From Polyangiales bacterium (lineage in GTDB: Bacteria > Myxococcota_A > Polyangia > Polyangiales > Ga0077539), in assembly GCA_044229975.1 (NCBI GenBank), contig JBGARZ010000006.1:224001-288000 (forward strand): DNA of 64,000 nt. Direction: 5' to 3'. The position numbers and the translations under genes are program-made. Of this stretch, positions 20,840 to 30,389 are shown piece after piece (position 1 is the first letter of the stretch; each line of letters starts with the position of its first letter). The notes beneath the pieces were generated by a model. It was not told the origin of the DNA. It did not search any database and saw only the letters and a list, made by a program, of their open reading frames with translations.

Positions 20840-21844
20840 ATGGTACGGTCTCCACAGGTGACGATGCCTGACGAGCGCCGAACTCCCGGTGCAACCCCAC
20901 CTGGTGCCTCCACGCCGCGCGATACGGTGATCGACCGCGCGTACCAGTCCACGCCGGAGTCCGTGCGCACCATGCCGCTCGAAGACGGGCGCACCATCCG
21001 CGAGGGACTGCACCTGGCCATCCGCGACGCGCGCCGCCCCTCGGTGGTGGTGATGTCCGGCGGGGCCGTGGGGCTGCGGGTACGGCTCTCGGGCAACGTC
21101 ACGCTCGGGCGCGATCCCACCTGCGAGGTGGTTCTGCCCGACGCGGGTGTGTCGTGGCGCCACGCCCGGGTGGAAGACCGCGGCGACGCCTGGGTGCTCG
21201 TCGACCTCGGGAGCACCAACGGCTCGCAGCTCAACGGCATCCGCCAGGGCGAAGGCCCGCTGGCGCACGGCGACCGCGTCACCCTCGGGCGCACGATGAT
21301 GCGCTTCGAGATGCAGGATCACCTCGACCAGGCCTTCGACGAGCACCTCGACCGGCTGCTGCACATCGACGACCTGTCGGGGCTCTACGTGCGGCGGCGC
21401 TTCGACCAGGAGATGACCCGCACCGTCGCGGCGGCGAGCACCCAGGGCCGCAGCGCGGGGCTGCTCGTGATGGACATGGATGGCATCAAGGCCATCAACG
21501 ACAAGTACGGGCACCTCTTCGGGGCGTACACCATCGGGGAGACGGGCCGGGTCATCGGCGAGGTGCTCGGCGATCGGGGCATCGGGTCGCGCTTCGGCGG
21601 TGATGAGTTCTGCGCGCTGCTGCCCGACCACGACCAGGCGCAGGCGTTTGCCGTCGGGGCGGAGATTCACGCGGCGGTCAACGCGCATTGCTATGCGCGG
21701 GAGGGCATCACGCTGCACCCGGGCATCTCCATCGGCGTGGCGGCCTTTCCGGAAGATGCTGCGGATGCCGAGAAGTTGTTTCAGCGCGCCGATGAGGCGC
21801 TGTATCGGGCGAAGCAGGGAGGGCGCAACCGCGTGATGCGCTAG
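20840..21844 (+). CDS. FHA-domain diguanylate cyclase
   Basis: FHA (LGR...VSWRHA...STNG) plus GGDEF domain (INDKYGH, RFGGDEF, ADEALYRAK). Confidence 0.93.
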   Translation: MVRSPQVTMPDERRTPGATPPGASTPRDTVIDRAYQSTPESVRTMPLEDGRTIREGLHLAIRDARRPSVVVMSGGAVGLRVRLSGNVTLGRDPTCEVVLPDAGVSWRHARVEDRGDAWVLVDLGSTNGSQLNGIRQGEGPLAHGDRVTLGRTMMRFEMQDHLDQAFDEHLDRLLHIDDLSGLYVRRRFDQEMTRTVAAASTQGRSAGLLVMDMDGIKAINDKYGHLFGAYTIGETGRVIGEVLGDRGIGSRFGGDEFCALLPDHDQAQAFAVGAEIHAAVNAHCYAREGITLHPGISIGVAAFPEDAADAEKLFQRADEALYRAKQGGRNRVMR

Positions 21845-21904
21845 TCGGCGTGTCCGTCGGTCCCGCAACGAGAGCCCGCGAAGGCGGGCGGTGGATGGTG
21901 AGCG

Positions 21905-24900
21905 ATGTTCGAGGTCCGTTGCCCAGGCTGCCAGAACCCCTTCGAGCTCGACGAGCGTCGCGTGCCTCGCAATGGGATGACCATGCGGTGCCCGAAGTGC
22001 CAGACCACCTTCGTGGTCAAGCGCCCGGAGACCCTCGCCTTCGCGGGGGCGCCGCCCGCGAGTGATGGCTCCGGGGCCGTCGCGCTCCCGATGCCCGTCC
22101 TGCCCGGTGGGGCGAAGGGGCCGCCGCCTCCGCCCGTTCCTGGCGTGCGCCCGGGGCCCAACCAGCCGACGCGCCCGCCCGGTCCGCGTCCGCCGATGCC
22201 CGCCGACCTCGCCGCGGAGATTCTCGGTCGCACCCCCGCACCCCCGGCGGTGAGCGCCAGCGCGGTCGACTCGTCGTGGGAACTCTCCGTCGACCTCCCG
22301 GTTGCGGCCAACCCCGAGGTCGCGCTGCCCGTCCCCGCCGAGCCCGGTCCGCGTCGCGGGAGCATCTCCGCCGCGGGTCTCCCGGCGCAGAACCCGGCCT
22401 TCGGCCCGAGCGTGAAGTCCACCCTCACCATGCTGCCCGAGCTGCGACCAGAGCAGCAGGCCGTGATGGGACGACCGTCGCCGCGCCCCATTCCGCCCGA
22501 GGAGATGGGGCTGCCGGGGCTCCATTCGCAGCAGGCCGTGGGCTTGCCCGCGCTCTATCAGGGCAACGTCGGGCTCCCGCAGGTCGCGGCCGCGCTCCCG
22601 CAGATGGCCGCTGGGCTGCCGCAGATGGCTGCGGGGCTTCCGCAGACCGCAGCCGGGCTCCCGCAGACGGCCGCGGCCCTGCCGCAGATGGCCGCCGGGC
22701 TCCCGATGAACGCCGCTGGGCTCCCGATGAACGCCGCGGGCTACCCGATGAACGCCGCGGGTCTGCCCATGAACGCGGCCGGACTCCCGATGAACGCGTC
22801 GGGCCTCCCGATGAACGCCGCGGGTCTGCCCATGAACGCATCGGGCCTCCCGATGAACGCCGCGGGTCTACCCATGAACGCCGCGGAGCTGCCCAACCTG
22901 GAGCCCGACCTTCCCACCGGCGGCCCTCGCCTGGCCGTGCTCGGTCGCGTCAACGTCGAGCGCCGCGCGTTTACCGTCGACGCCGACGACCTGCCTTCGC
23001 TGGCCGGTGAAGCCGCACTCCCGGTGCGCTCGGCCAACCAGCCGGTGCGCGAAGAGTACGCGACGCCGATGGACGATCGCGGCGGTCGCGGACTCCACGG
23101 TGGCGGGGTGAACTACGGCGAGCTCGACCTCGGCGACGTCATCGGGCAGCCGATGCCTCCGCCGCCCAGTCCCTACAATCCCCCCGGCGCAAACCCCTAC
23201 GCGCCGTCCACCCCGGCGGCGGACATCGGTCGGGAGTTCGACGCCATCCCGGGGAGCGTGCGACCGCCGCCGCCTCACCAGAGCGTGCAGGCGCCAGCCC
23301 CGAAGCCCTTCAAGAAGGAGCCGGCGAAGAAGGCGACGCCGACCCACGACGGTCGCGCCCGGCCGTGGGTGCAGTACGCGCTCTATGGCGCCCTCGGCGT
23401 GCTCGGCATCGGCGTGCTCGGCGGCGCGGCGCTCGCCACCACCGAGTACGGCGCCTTCGGCAAGAACTGGTTCGACGAGCAGCTCCATGGTCCCGAGCGC
23501 CACGCCGCGGCCACGCGGGTGATCCAGTACGTCGATCGCTTCATCGAGCACGACACGTACGACCGCGCCATCTCTGGTCTGCGACGCGTCGAGCAGGCCC
23601 TCAGCCGCGTGCCCAAGGAGCGCGAGCTCAAGGCGTACATCGTCTACGCGAACAACCTCGTGGTGCTGCGCTTCGGCGCCGACCCGACGCGCACCGGCCG
23701 CGCCCGCACGCTCCTCGCAGAGCTCGCCGACGCGCCTCCGGGGATGCAGTTCCTGGCGCTGGCGAAGGCGTCCGATGCGCTCGCGCGGGGCAACCCCCGG
23801 GAGGCGCTGCGCCTCGCCCGCAACGACCCCAACGGGCGCGACCTCGCCACCATGGCCGCGGCCGAGCTCAACGACACCGCCCAGTGGCTGCGCTACGCCA
23901 CCGCGGGCCGTCAGCGCCACCCCACCGCGCGCTCGCGCTACCTCCTGGCGCGGGCGTACCTCGCGACCGGTGACGCCGTCGCGGCCCGGCGCATGGCCGA
24001 CGAGACCCTCCAGCACGAGCGGCACCACCCCGGCGCGCGCATCCTCCTGGCGCGTCTGCTCGGTCAGCGCGAAGAAGACCAGGCCCGCGCCCTCTCGCTG
24101 CTGTCCGACCTCGTGGGCGCGACCGCCCGCGGCGCCGCGGCGAGCTACGCGTCGCCCACCGAGCGCGCCGATGCGTGCGTGGTGGCCGGTCAGATCGAGC
24201 TGTCGCGCGATCGTGTGTCGGTGGCGCAGGCGAGGTTCCAGCGCGCGCTGGAGCTGGAGCCGCGCAGCGCGACGGCGCTCGTGGGCATCGGGTCGATCTT
24301 GTACCGGCAGGGCAACTTCACCGACGCGCAGGCGCGCTTCCGCAACGCCTTCAGCGCCGACGCGCAGAACCTCGACGCCGTCATCGGCATCGCCCAGTCG
24401 ACGCTGTCGCTCAACCAGCCCGCCGAGGCCAAGGCCGCGCTCGAGCCCGCCGTCGCGTCGCACCCCAACGACGGCCGCCTCCACTACTGGCTCGGCCGCG
24501 CGCTCGCCGCCACCACCGACCAGCGATCGCTCGCGCAGCAGTCGTTTCGCGAGGCCATTCGCCTCCAGCCCGACAACCTCGACGCGTACGTCTCGCTCTC
24601 CGAGCTGCTCATCGCGATGCAGCGCAACGACGCCGCCGACCAGGTGCTCGTCGAGGCCCGCGCCCGCGTGCCCGACAACGCCGCCATCCACCGCGCGCTC
24701 GCCCACGGCCGCCTCTCCCGCGGCGACATCCCCGGCGCCGAGGAAGAACTCCGCGTCGCCCTCCAGCGCGACCCCGAGGACGTGCGCGCGCACTACGCCC
24801 TCGGCGACGTCTACCGCCGCATGCAGCGCCTCGACGACGCCACGCGCGAGCTCAACACCGTCGCTCACATCGACCCCGACTACCCGGGCCTCGCCCTCGC

Positions 24901-25771
24901 CCGCGGCCGCCTCGCCGAGGCGCGCGGTCAGCTCCCCGAGGCGCTCGCGACCTTCCGAGAGGCGCTGGCGCGCGACCCCACCAACCCCGAGCTCATCAAC
25001 CGCGTGGCGGCGACGCTCGTGGCGCTGGGCAACTTCGGCGACGCCGACCAGATGCTCCGCTCGGTGGTGGTCAACCAGCCCACCAACGCCGAGGCGCAGT
25101 ACCTCATGGGTCGCGCGCGTCTCGGCGCGGGCAACTACGTCGACTCGGTGCACTACCTCGATCGCGCCATCGAGCTCAACCCGCTGCGGGCGGAGTTCAA
25201 GGCCTTCGCGGCCGAGGCGCACCGTCGCGCGGGCGACATCGTGCGCGCGCTCCAGCTCGCCGAGGAGTCCATCCAGCTCGACCCGGCTTTCCCGCGCGGG
25301 TACTGGGTGCGCGCGGAGATTCGCGTGCGCCAGGGCGCAGCGGCGCAAGCGCTCGTCGACATCAACCGCGCGACGCAGCTCGATGGAACGTTCTGGGACG
25401 CCTACGCGACCTGGGCGGACATCGACGATGCGCTCGGCCGTCGCGACGACGCCATCCGGCTCTACCAGATCGCCATCTCGCACGACCCGCGACACGGCGA
25501 CTGGTTCTACAACCTCGGTCGGCTCCTGGCCGACGCGGGGCGCGAGGGCGATGCGCGCGCGGCCATGCTCCAGGTGCGGGCGCTGGGCTCGGGGCTCAAC
25601 CCGACGCCGAGCTGGTTCGTCCAGGGCACGCGGCAGCTCGCCGACCTCGAACGCCAGAGCAACCCCACCGAAGCGCGCAGGCTCTACGTGGAGTACCTGC
25701 GGATGGTTCCGCCCAACAGCCCATCGTCCAACAGCGTGCAGGTCATCCTCGGAGAGATGAGCGGCGGCTGA
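21905..25771 (+). CDS. Zinc-ribbon (MJ0042-type) / Pro-rich / TM / TPR membrane protein
   Basis: CPGC...CPKC N-terminus, low-complexity linker, one TM segment, many TPR-like repeats. Confidence 0.88.
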   Translation: MFEVRCPGCQNPFELDERRVPRNGMTMRCPKCQTTFVVKRPETLAFAGAPPASDGSGAVALPMPVLPGGAKGPPPPPVPGVRPGPNQPTRPPGPRPPMPADLAAEILGRTPAPPAVSASAVDSSWELSVDLPVAANPEVALPVPAEPGPRRGSISAAGLPAQNPAFGPSVKSTLTMLPELRPEQQAVMGRPSPRPIPPEEMGLPGLHSQQAVGLPALYQGNVGLPQVAAALPQMAAGLPQMAAGLPQTAAGLPQTAAALPQMAAGLPMNAAGLPMNAAGYPMNAAGLPMNAAGLPMNASGLPMNAAGLPMNASGLPMNAAGLPMNAAELPNLEPDLPTGGPRLAVLGRVNVERRAFTVDADDLPSLAGEAALPVRSANQPVREEYATPMDDRGGRGLHGGGVNYGELDLGDVIGQPMPPPPSPYNPPGANPYAPSTPAADIGREFDAIPGSVRPPPPHQSVQAPAPKPFKKEPAKKATPTHDGRARPWVQYALYGALGVLGIGVLGGAALATTEYGAFGKNWFDEQLHGPERHAAATRVIQYVDRFIEHDTYDRAISGLRRVEQALSRVPKERELKAYIVYANNLVVLRFGADPTRTGRARTLLAELADAPPGMQFLALAKASDALARGNPREALRLARNDPNGRDLATMAAAELNDTAQWLRYATAGRQRHPTARSRYLLARAYLATGDAVAARRMADETLQHERHHPGARILLARLLGQREEDQARALSLLSDLVGATARGAAASYASPTERADACVVAGQIELSRDRVSVAQARFQRALELEPRSATALVGIGSILYRQGNFTDAQARFRNAFSADAQNLDAVIGIAQSTLSLNQPAEAKAALEPAVASHPNDGRLHYWLGRALAATTDQRSLAQQSFREAIRLQPDNLDAYVSLSELLIAMQRNDAADQVLVEARARVPDNAAIHRALAHGRLSRGDIPGAEEELRVALQRDPEDVRAHYALGDVYRRMQRLDDATRELNTVAHIDPDYPGLALARGRLAEARGQLPEALATFREALARDPTNPELINRVAATLVALGNFGDADQMLRSVVVNQPTNAEAQYLMGRARLGAGNYVDSVHYLDRAIELNPLRAEFKAFAAEAHRRAGDIVRALQLAEESIQLDPAFPRGYWVRAEIRVRQGAAAQALVDINRATQLDGTFWDAYATWADIDDALGRRDDAIRLYQIAISHDPRHGDWFYNLGRLLADAGREGDARAAMLQVRALGSGLNPTPSWFVQGTRQLADLERQSNPTEARRLYVEYLRMVPPNSPSSNSVQVILGEMSGG
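22574..22888 (+). repeat. Coding 21-bp tandem repeat, 15 units (LPQMAAG / LPMNAAG)
   Basis: Visible in both the DNA and the translation. Confidence 0.95.
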
Positions 25772-25925
25772 AGCCGATCGGGGCGTCGAGCCTCGGGTGT
25801 GGCGTCTCTGTCAGATCGCGGCGTCCTCGCGGGCGCCAAACCACTGCCCGAATGTTGCGGCTCACGGGATGCAACGTGCATGGACGTTCAAACGCGTCCG
25901 CGCATCTGCCGGAGGTCACGTCCCG

Positions 25926-26203
25926 TGAACACCCACGACAACCCGACCGACCTGTGCCGTTTCCCGAAGCTGCTCTACGCCCCGCTGGGGTTGATCATCG
26001 TCGCGCTGGCGATGCGAGGCGTCGCCTCGCCGCTCACGGTGGTGGCGGTCGACCTGCTGGCGTTGGGGCTGGGCGCGCTCGCCGGGTGGCTGGGCGGGGA
26101 GTTCGTGACGGGGAGAGAGCCCTACTCGGTCTCGCGGGCGGCGGCGCGGTTCTCTTCGCGCAAGGCACGGCCGCGGGTGAGGGCCGCGTCGCGGGCCTCG
26201 TAG
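25926..26203 (+). CDS. Possible small two-TM membrane protein
   Basis: Hydrophobic ORF (LLYAPLGLIIVALAM...LLALGLGALAGWLGG); overlaps the 3' end of phoH. Confidence 0.4.
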
Positions 26204-27180
26204 GCGCGGACGATGCGGGCCACCAGCGGGTGGCGCACCACGTCGACGTCCGTGAAGGTGCAGAACGCGATGCCATCAACGCCCGCCAGGAGGTTGGTGG
26301 CGTCGGAGAGGCCCGACTTGCGGCCCTCGGGGAGGTCGACCTGCGTGACGTCGCCGGTGATGACCGCCTTCGAGTCGTACCCGAGGCGCGTCAGGAACAT
26401 CTTCATCTGCTCGGACGTGGTGTTTTGCGCCTCGTCGAGGATCACGAAGGCTTCGTTGAGGGTGCGGCCGCGCATGAAGGCGAGCGGCGCGACCTCGATC
26501 TGCCCGCGCTGGATGAGCGCCTGGGCTTTGTCGAGATCCATCATGTCGTGCATCGCGTCGTAGAGCGGGCGCAGGTACGGATTGACCTTCTCCGCGAGGT
26601 CGCCCGGGAGAAACCCGAGCTTCTCTCCGGCCTCCACCGCGGGTCGCGTGAGGATGATGCGCTTGACCTTCTTCTGCATCAGCGCCGCCACGGCCATGGC
26701 CATCGCGAGGTAGGTCTTGCCCGTCCCCGCCGGGCCGATGCCAAACACGATGTCGTGCTCGCGCAGCGCCTCGATGTACTTCTTCTGGGCGAGGCCCTTC
26801 GGCGCGATGATGCGGTGCTTCGCGCTCACCAGCACCACGTCTTGAAACACGTCGCGCAGCTTCAGCTCGGGGTGCTCCTTGAGGAGCCGCACCGAGCGCG
26901 CCACGTCGTTGCCGTTGATCTCGTTGCCGTCGCGGATGGACTCGCACAGCTCGGCGACGACCCGCTCGGCGAAGGCCACCTCCTCGGCCGATGCTCCGTG
27001 GATGTGCACCTGGTTGCCGCGCTGGCCGATGGTCACACCGGTCTCGGCCTCCAGCACCCGCAGGTGCTCGTTGCGCGGCCCGCACAGCGCTACCAGCAGC
27101 GCAGGATCGTCCACATCCACCTGCGCGCTCCCGCCCGGGTTGCGCGCGCCCTTCGTCCCCGACACGTCACGGTTCGCCAT
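26122..27180 (-). CDS. phoH: PhoH-like ATPase (YbeZ-type, with N-terminal KH-like domain)
   Basis: GPAGTGKTYLA, RPAVEAGEKLGFLPGDL, APLAFMRGRTL, LDEAQN, GDVTQVDLP. Confidence 0.96.
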   Translation of the reverse strand: MANRDVSGTKGARNPGGSAQVDVDDPALLVALCGPRNEHLRVLEAETGVTIGQRGNQVHIHGASAEEVAFAERVVAELCESIRDGNEINGNDVARSVRLLKEHPELKLRDVFQDVVLVSAKHRIIAPKGLAQKKYIEALREHDIVFGIGPAGTGKTYLAMAMAVAALMQKKVKRIILTRPAVEAGEKLGFLPGDLAEKVNPYLRPLYDAMHDMMDLDKAQALIQRGQIEVAPLAFMRGRTLNEAFVILDEAQNTTSEQMKMFLTRLGYDSKAVITGDVTQVDLPEGRKSGLSDATNLLAGVDGIAFCTFTDVDVVRHPLVARIVRAYEARDAALTRGRALREENRAAARETE

Positions 27181-27239
27181 TCGCCGTCGAAGCTACCACG
27201 CCTCCGCGGTCCCGCACCGCATCGCGGTATAGGTGCGGG

Positions 27240-27926
27240 GTGACGATTCGCGCGGTGGTGTTCGACCTCGATGACACGCTCTACCCGGAGTCGGCCTACG
27301 TGGCCTCGGGCTTCCGCGCCGTGGGCGAGGCGCTGGCGAAGGAGCACTCGCTCCACGGGTTCGGTGAGCTCGCGGCCTCCCTCGCGGCGTCGGGCGTGCG
27401 TGGCAACGTATTCGACGAGGCGCTGCGGCGCTCAGGCGTCGCGGCCGAGCGGGTCGGCGCGCTGGTCGCGTGGAGCGTCGAGCGGTACCGCGATCACCGG
27501 CCGGACATCGCCCTCTTCCCAGAGGCCCACGAGGCGCTGGACGGCTTACGTGGAAAGGTAAAGATCGGCGTGCTGACGGACGGCTGGCTGGCGGCGCAGC
27601 GGCGCAAGGTCGAGGCGCTGGGGTTGGCGGAGCGGGTCGACGCGGTGGTGTTCAGCGACAGCTTCGGGCGCGAGCACTGGAAGCCGAGCGAGGTTCCGTA
27701 TCGGGCGGTGGCCGACGCGCTCGGGGTGGCGCACGATGGCTGCGTGTACATCGCCGACAACCCCGCGAAGGACTTCATCACGGCGCGGGCGTTGGGGTGG
27801 CGCACGGTGCAGGTGTCGCGGCCGGGGCAGACGCACCCGAGCGTGGCGCCGAGCGACGCGCACGCGGCGGAGGTGAGCGCGGTGGGGTTGCGCGAGGCGA
27901 TGGCGATCGTGGCGGGGTGGCGGTGA
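27240..27926 (+). CDS. HAD-superfamily hydrolase
   Basis: VFDLDDTLY, LTDG, WKP, YIADNPAKDF. Confidence 0.92.
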   Translation: MTIRAVVFDLDDTLYPESAYVASGFRAVGEALAKEHSLHGFGELAASLAASGVRGNVFDEALRRSGVAAERVGALVAWSVERYRDHRPDIALFPEAHEALDGLRGKVKIGVLTDGWLAAQRRKVEALGLAERVDAVVFSDSFGREHWKPSEVPYRAVADALGVAHDGCVYIADNPAKDFITARALGWRTVQVSRPGQTHPSVAPSDAHAAEVSAVGLREAMAIVAGWR

Positions 27927-28378
27927 AGCGGGCGCTGCCGTTGGTGGACGGGCGACCGGGGCCGCACCTCGATCAGGCGCGACGCAGCCTCGGCGGGTTG
28001 TGCGCGGAGGACGTCGACGCGTCGATGATCGGGCGGCTGGTGCGCTCGTCGACGCACGAGGGCGTGGTGCTGCACGCCGACGGGTCGACGGTGGACGTGC
28101 TGGTGTCGGCGGGCGTGGTGCGGCGCGTGGCGCGCGCGGGCGTGGTGACCGTCGACGACGTGGCGCTGTCGCCGCTGCGGCGACGGATGGCGGACGACGT
28201 GAGGCGGTTTGCGGCGATGCCGACGGGGCGGCGGGCGCGGTTTCTGGCGGAGGCGGGCGCCGAGGCCGAGGGGCTGCTGATCGAGAAGTGTCGCTACGGG
28301 GCGCTGGTGGCGCTCGACGACGGGCGGGTGGTGGCGCTGGGGTTCAGCCGGATGCTCGCGACGGTGGCGCCGGGGTAG
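27923..28378 (+). CDS. Hypothetical protein
   Basis: GTGA overlap with the HAD gene; LIEKCRYGALV motif; codon bias. Confidence 0.7.
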   Translation: MKRALPLVDGRPGPHLDQARRSLGGLCAEDVDASMIGRLVRSSTHEGVVLHADGSTVDVLVSAGVVRRVARAGVVTVDDVALSPLRRRMADDVRRFAAMPTGRRARFLAEAGAEAEGLLIEKCRYGALVALDDGRVVALGFSRMLATVAPG

Positions 28379-28384
28379 CGACCG

Positions 28385-29248
28385 CTACTCGTCGATCACC
28401 CGCAGCCGGCCGTCGCTCCCGATGAGCGGCGCCCTCGCCCGCCCGCTCTTCGCGCCGCCCGCGTCGCGCTGGTCTTCCGCCTTCGGCGCGAGCGCGCGAT
28501 CGAGCAGCTGCGTCGGCCGCACGTTGCCCAGCGCCGCGAACACCGACGCCTTCACGCCGGGGTGTCCTTCTTCGAGCTGCCCGAGCAGCGCCTTGATCTG
28601 CTTGCGCTGGGCCTGCGACTGCGACCCGCACAGGTTGCACGGCAGGATCGGAAACCCCCGCTCGACCGCGTACGCCGCGAGCCACTCCTCGGCGCACGCG
28701 ATCATCGGGCGGATCACCACGTTGGCCCCGTCGTCCGAGCGCAGCCGCGCCGGCATCGCCGCGACCTTGCCCGCGAAGAACAGGTTGAGCAGCAGCGTCT
28801 CGATGGCGTCTTCGCGGTGGTGACCCAGCGCGATCTTCGTGCACCCGAGCTCCGTCGCCGCGCGGTACAGCACGCCGCGCCGCAGCCGCGAGCACAGCGC
28901 GCAGTACGTCGCGCCCTCGGGGACCTTGTCCACCACCACCGAGTACGTGTCCTCGCGCAGCACGTGCCACTCGCCGCCCTGCGCCTCCATCCACGCGCGC
29001 AGCGGTGCGCCGTCGTAGCCCGGCTGACCCTGGTCGAGGTGCACCGCCACCAGCTCGAAGCGCACCGGCGCGCGCCGCTGGAGGATGCGCAGCGCCTCGT
29101 GCATCGCGTAGCTGTCCTTGCCGCCCGACAGCGCGACCATCACCCGGTCGCCCTCGGCGATGAGCTCGTGCTCGACGACGGCGCGGCCCACCTCGCGGAC
29201 GATGCGCCGCTCCAGCGCGCTGCCGTTGCCGACCTCCGGCGCGGACAT
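28385..29248 (-). CDS. ttcA: tRNA 2-thiocytidine(32) synthetase
   Basis: SGGKDS PP-loop, CALCSRLRRG, LGHHRED, CNLC. Confidence 0.96.
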   Translation of the reverse strand: MSAPEVGNGSALERRIVREVGRAVVEHELIAEGDRVMVALSGGKDSYAMHEALRILQRRAPVRFELVAVHLDQGQPGYDGAPLRAWMEAQGGEWHVLREDTYSVVVDKVPEGATYCALCSRLRRGVLYRAATELGCTKIALGHHREDAIETLLLNLFFAGKVAAMPARLRSDDGANVVIRPMIACAEEWLAAYAVERGFPILPCNLCGSQSQAQRKQIKALLGQLEEGHPGVKASVFAALGNVRPTQLLDRALAPKAEDQRDAGGAKSGRARAPLIGSDGRLRVIDE

Positions 29249-29252
29249 GGCT

Positions 29253-30374
29253 CTACCCCTGCTGCTCGGCGGGCAGCGAGCGACGCACCCGACCGCGCCC
29301 GCGCCGCACCCGCGACACCACCCAGAACGCCGCCGACAGCACCGCCGCCACCGCGCCCACGAACAACACCGGAACCACCAGCTCGCGATGCCGCCCCAGG
29401 TGCAGTCGATCGATGGCCGCGAAGCGCCCGAACTTCGCCCGCAGCCAACCGCGCATCCCGGTACCCTGCCCCTGCTCGGGGTCGCCGCTCGCGCTCGGCA
29501 GACGGCGCGCCCGCTCGGCCTCGGCCACCACCGCCGCGGGCGTGTCCTGCACCACCGGCGCGACCGCCGCAGCCGCAGGAGGCGGCGCCGGGGCGAGCAC
29601 GCCGATGTGGTTGATGACCTCGCGCTCCCAGCCGCGCGACGGGCGATTCACCACGCCCCCTTCACCGCCGACGTACATCGTCGTCGAGCCGCCGCCATCG
29701 AGGTTGATCGCCCGCGCCGCGCCGAGCTCGATCATGAGCTCGGCCATCTCGGTGAGCGTTCCGCCGTGGCTCGTCGCGCGGCGACCGTCGACCGTCACCA
29801 GCATCACCTTGCGGCCGTCTTCCGACACCCCGACCGCCGACCGCGGCTCGCGGCTGAAGGTGCGAGGAAACGTGTACAGCTCCTGCGCGATGTGGCCGCT
29901 GTCGACGATCATCGGGCGGCCCGACACGCCGTCGGTGATGCGGCGCCGCGACGCCTGCACCACGTCGCTCGGCGGCGACACAAAGGCCCGGCCCGTCGCC
30001 GTCACCGCGAAGAACCCGTGCTCCGCGTCGTCGCTCCCCCAGATCTGTCCGCCGCCCGCCGCGAGGCCCTCAGCCCCCTGACCGAACAGCCCCCAGAAGC
30101 CGCCGTTCATGGCCGCCGAGAGGTTGGCGTCGCGGGCGTAGGCGCTCGTGCTCTTCCAGCGCTCGCGCGGCGGCGTGCAGCGGATGGTCACGCCGGGCAC
30201 GTCGAGGTCGATCACCAGCGCGTGAAACTCCGCGGGCGCCGGCGTCGTGCGGTGCAGGTGACGGATGCCGGGGTTGGGCGTCGTCCAGACGTCCACCGCG
30301 TGCGCGGGCGACGCGTACGCCCAGAGCGCCCAGGTGAGCGCCATCGTTCCGGCGCTGTGATAGAGGGTTCGCAC
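29253..30374 (-). CDS. Exported phosphodiester glycosidase (NAGPA) family protein with C-terminal TM
   Basis: AMNGGF, EPRSAVG, VTVDGR, AINLDGGGSTT. Confidence 0.9.
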   Translation of the reverse strand: MRTLYHSAGTMALTWALWAYASPAHAVDVWTTPNPGIRHLHRTTPAPAEFHALVIDLDVPGVTIRCTPPRERWKSTSAYARDANLSAAMNGGFWGLFGQGAEGLAAGGGQIWGSDDAEHGFFAVTATGRAFVSPPSDVVQASRRRITDGVSGRPMIVDSGHIAQELYTFPRTFSREPRSAVGVSEDGRKVMLVTVDGRRATSHGGTLTEMAELMIELGAARAINLDGGGSTTMYVGGEGGVVNRPSRGWEREVINHIGVLAPAPPPAAAAVAPVVQDTPAAVVAEAERARRLPSASGDPEQGQGTGMRGWLRAKFGRFAAIDRLHLGRHRELVVPVLFVGAVAAVLSAAFWVVSRVRRGRGRVRRSLPAEQQG

Positions 30375-30389
30375 TGGATCGGTCCTCGA

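Noticed and set aside
19808..22525. 905-aa CorA, and similarly over-extended ORFs 41746-44637, 29118-31496, 46457-48721 and 54809-56911
   Set aside because: The upstream parts overlap genuine opposite-strand genes; the true starts are internal.
22574..22888. Tandem repeats here and at 61152-61439 as CRISPR arrays
   Set aside because: No unique spacers, unit lengths are multiples of 3 inside ORFs, and there are no cas genes.
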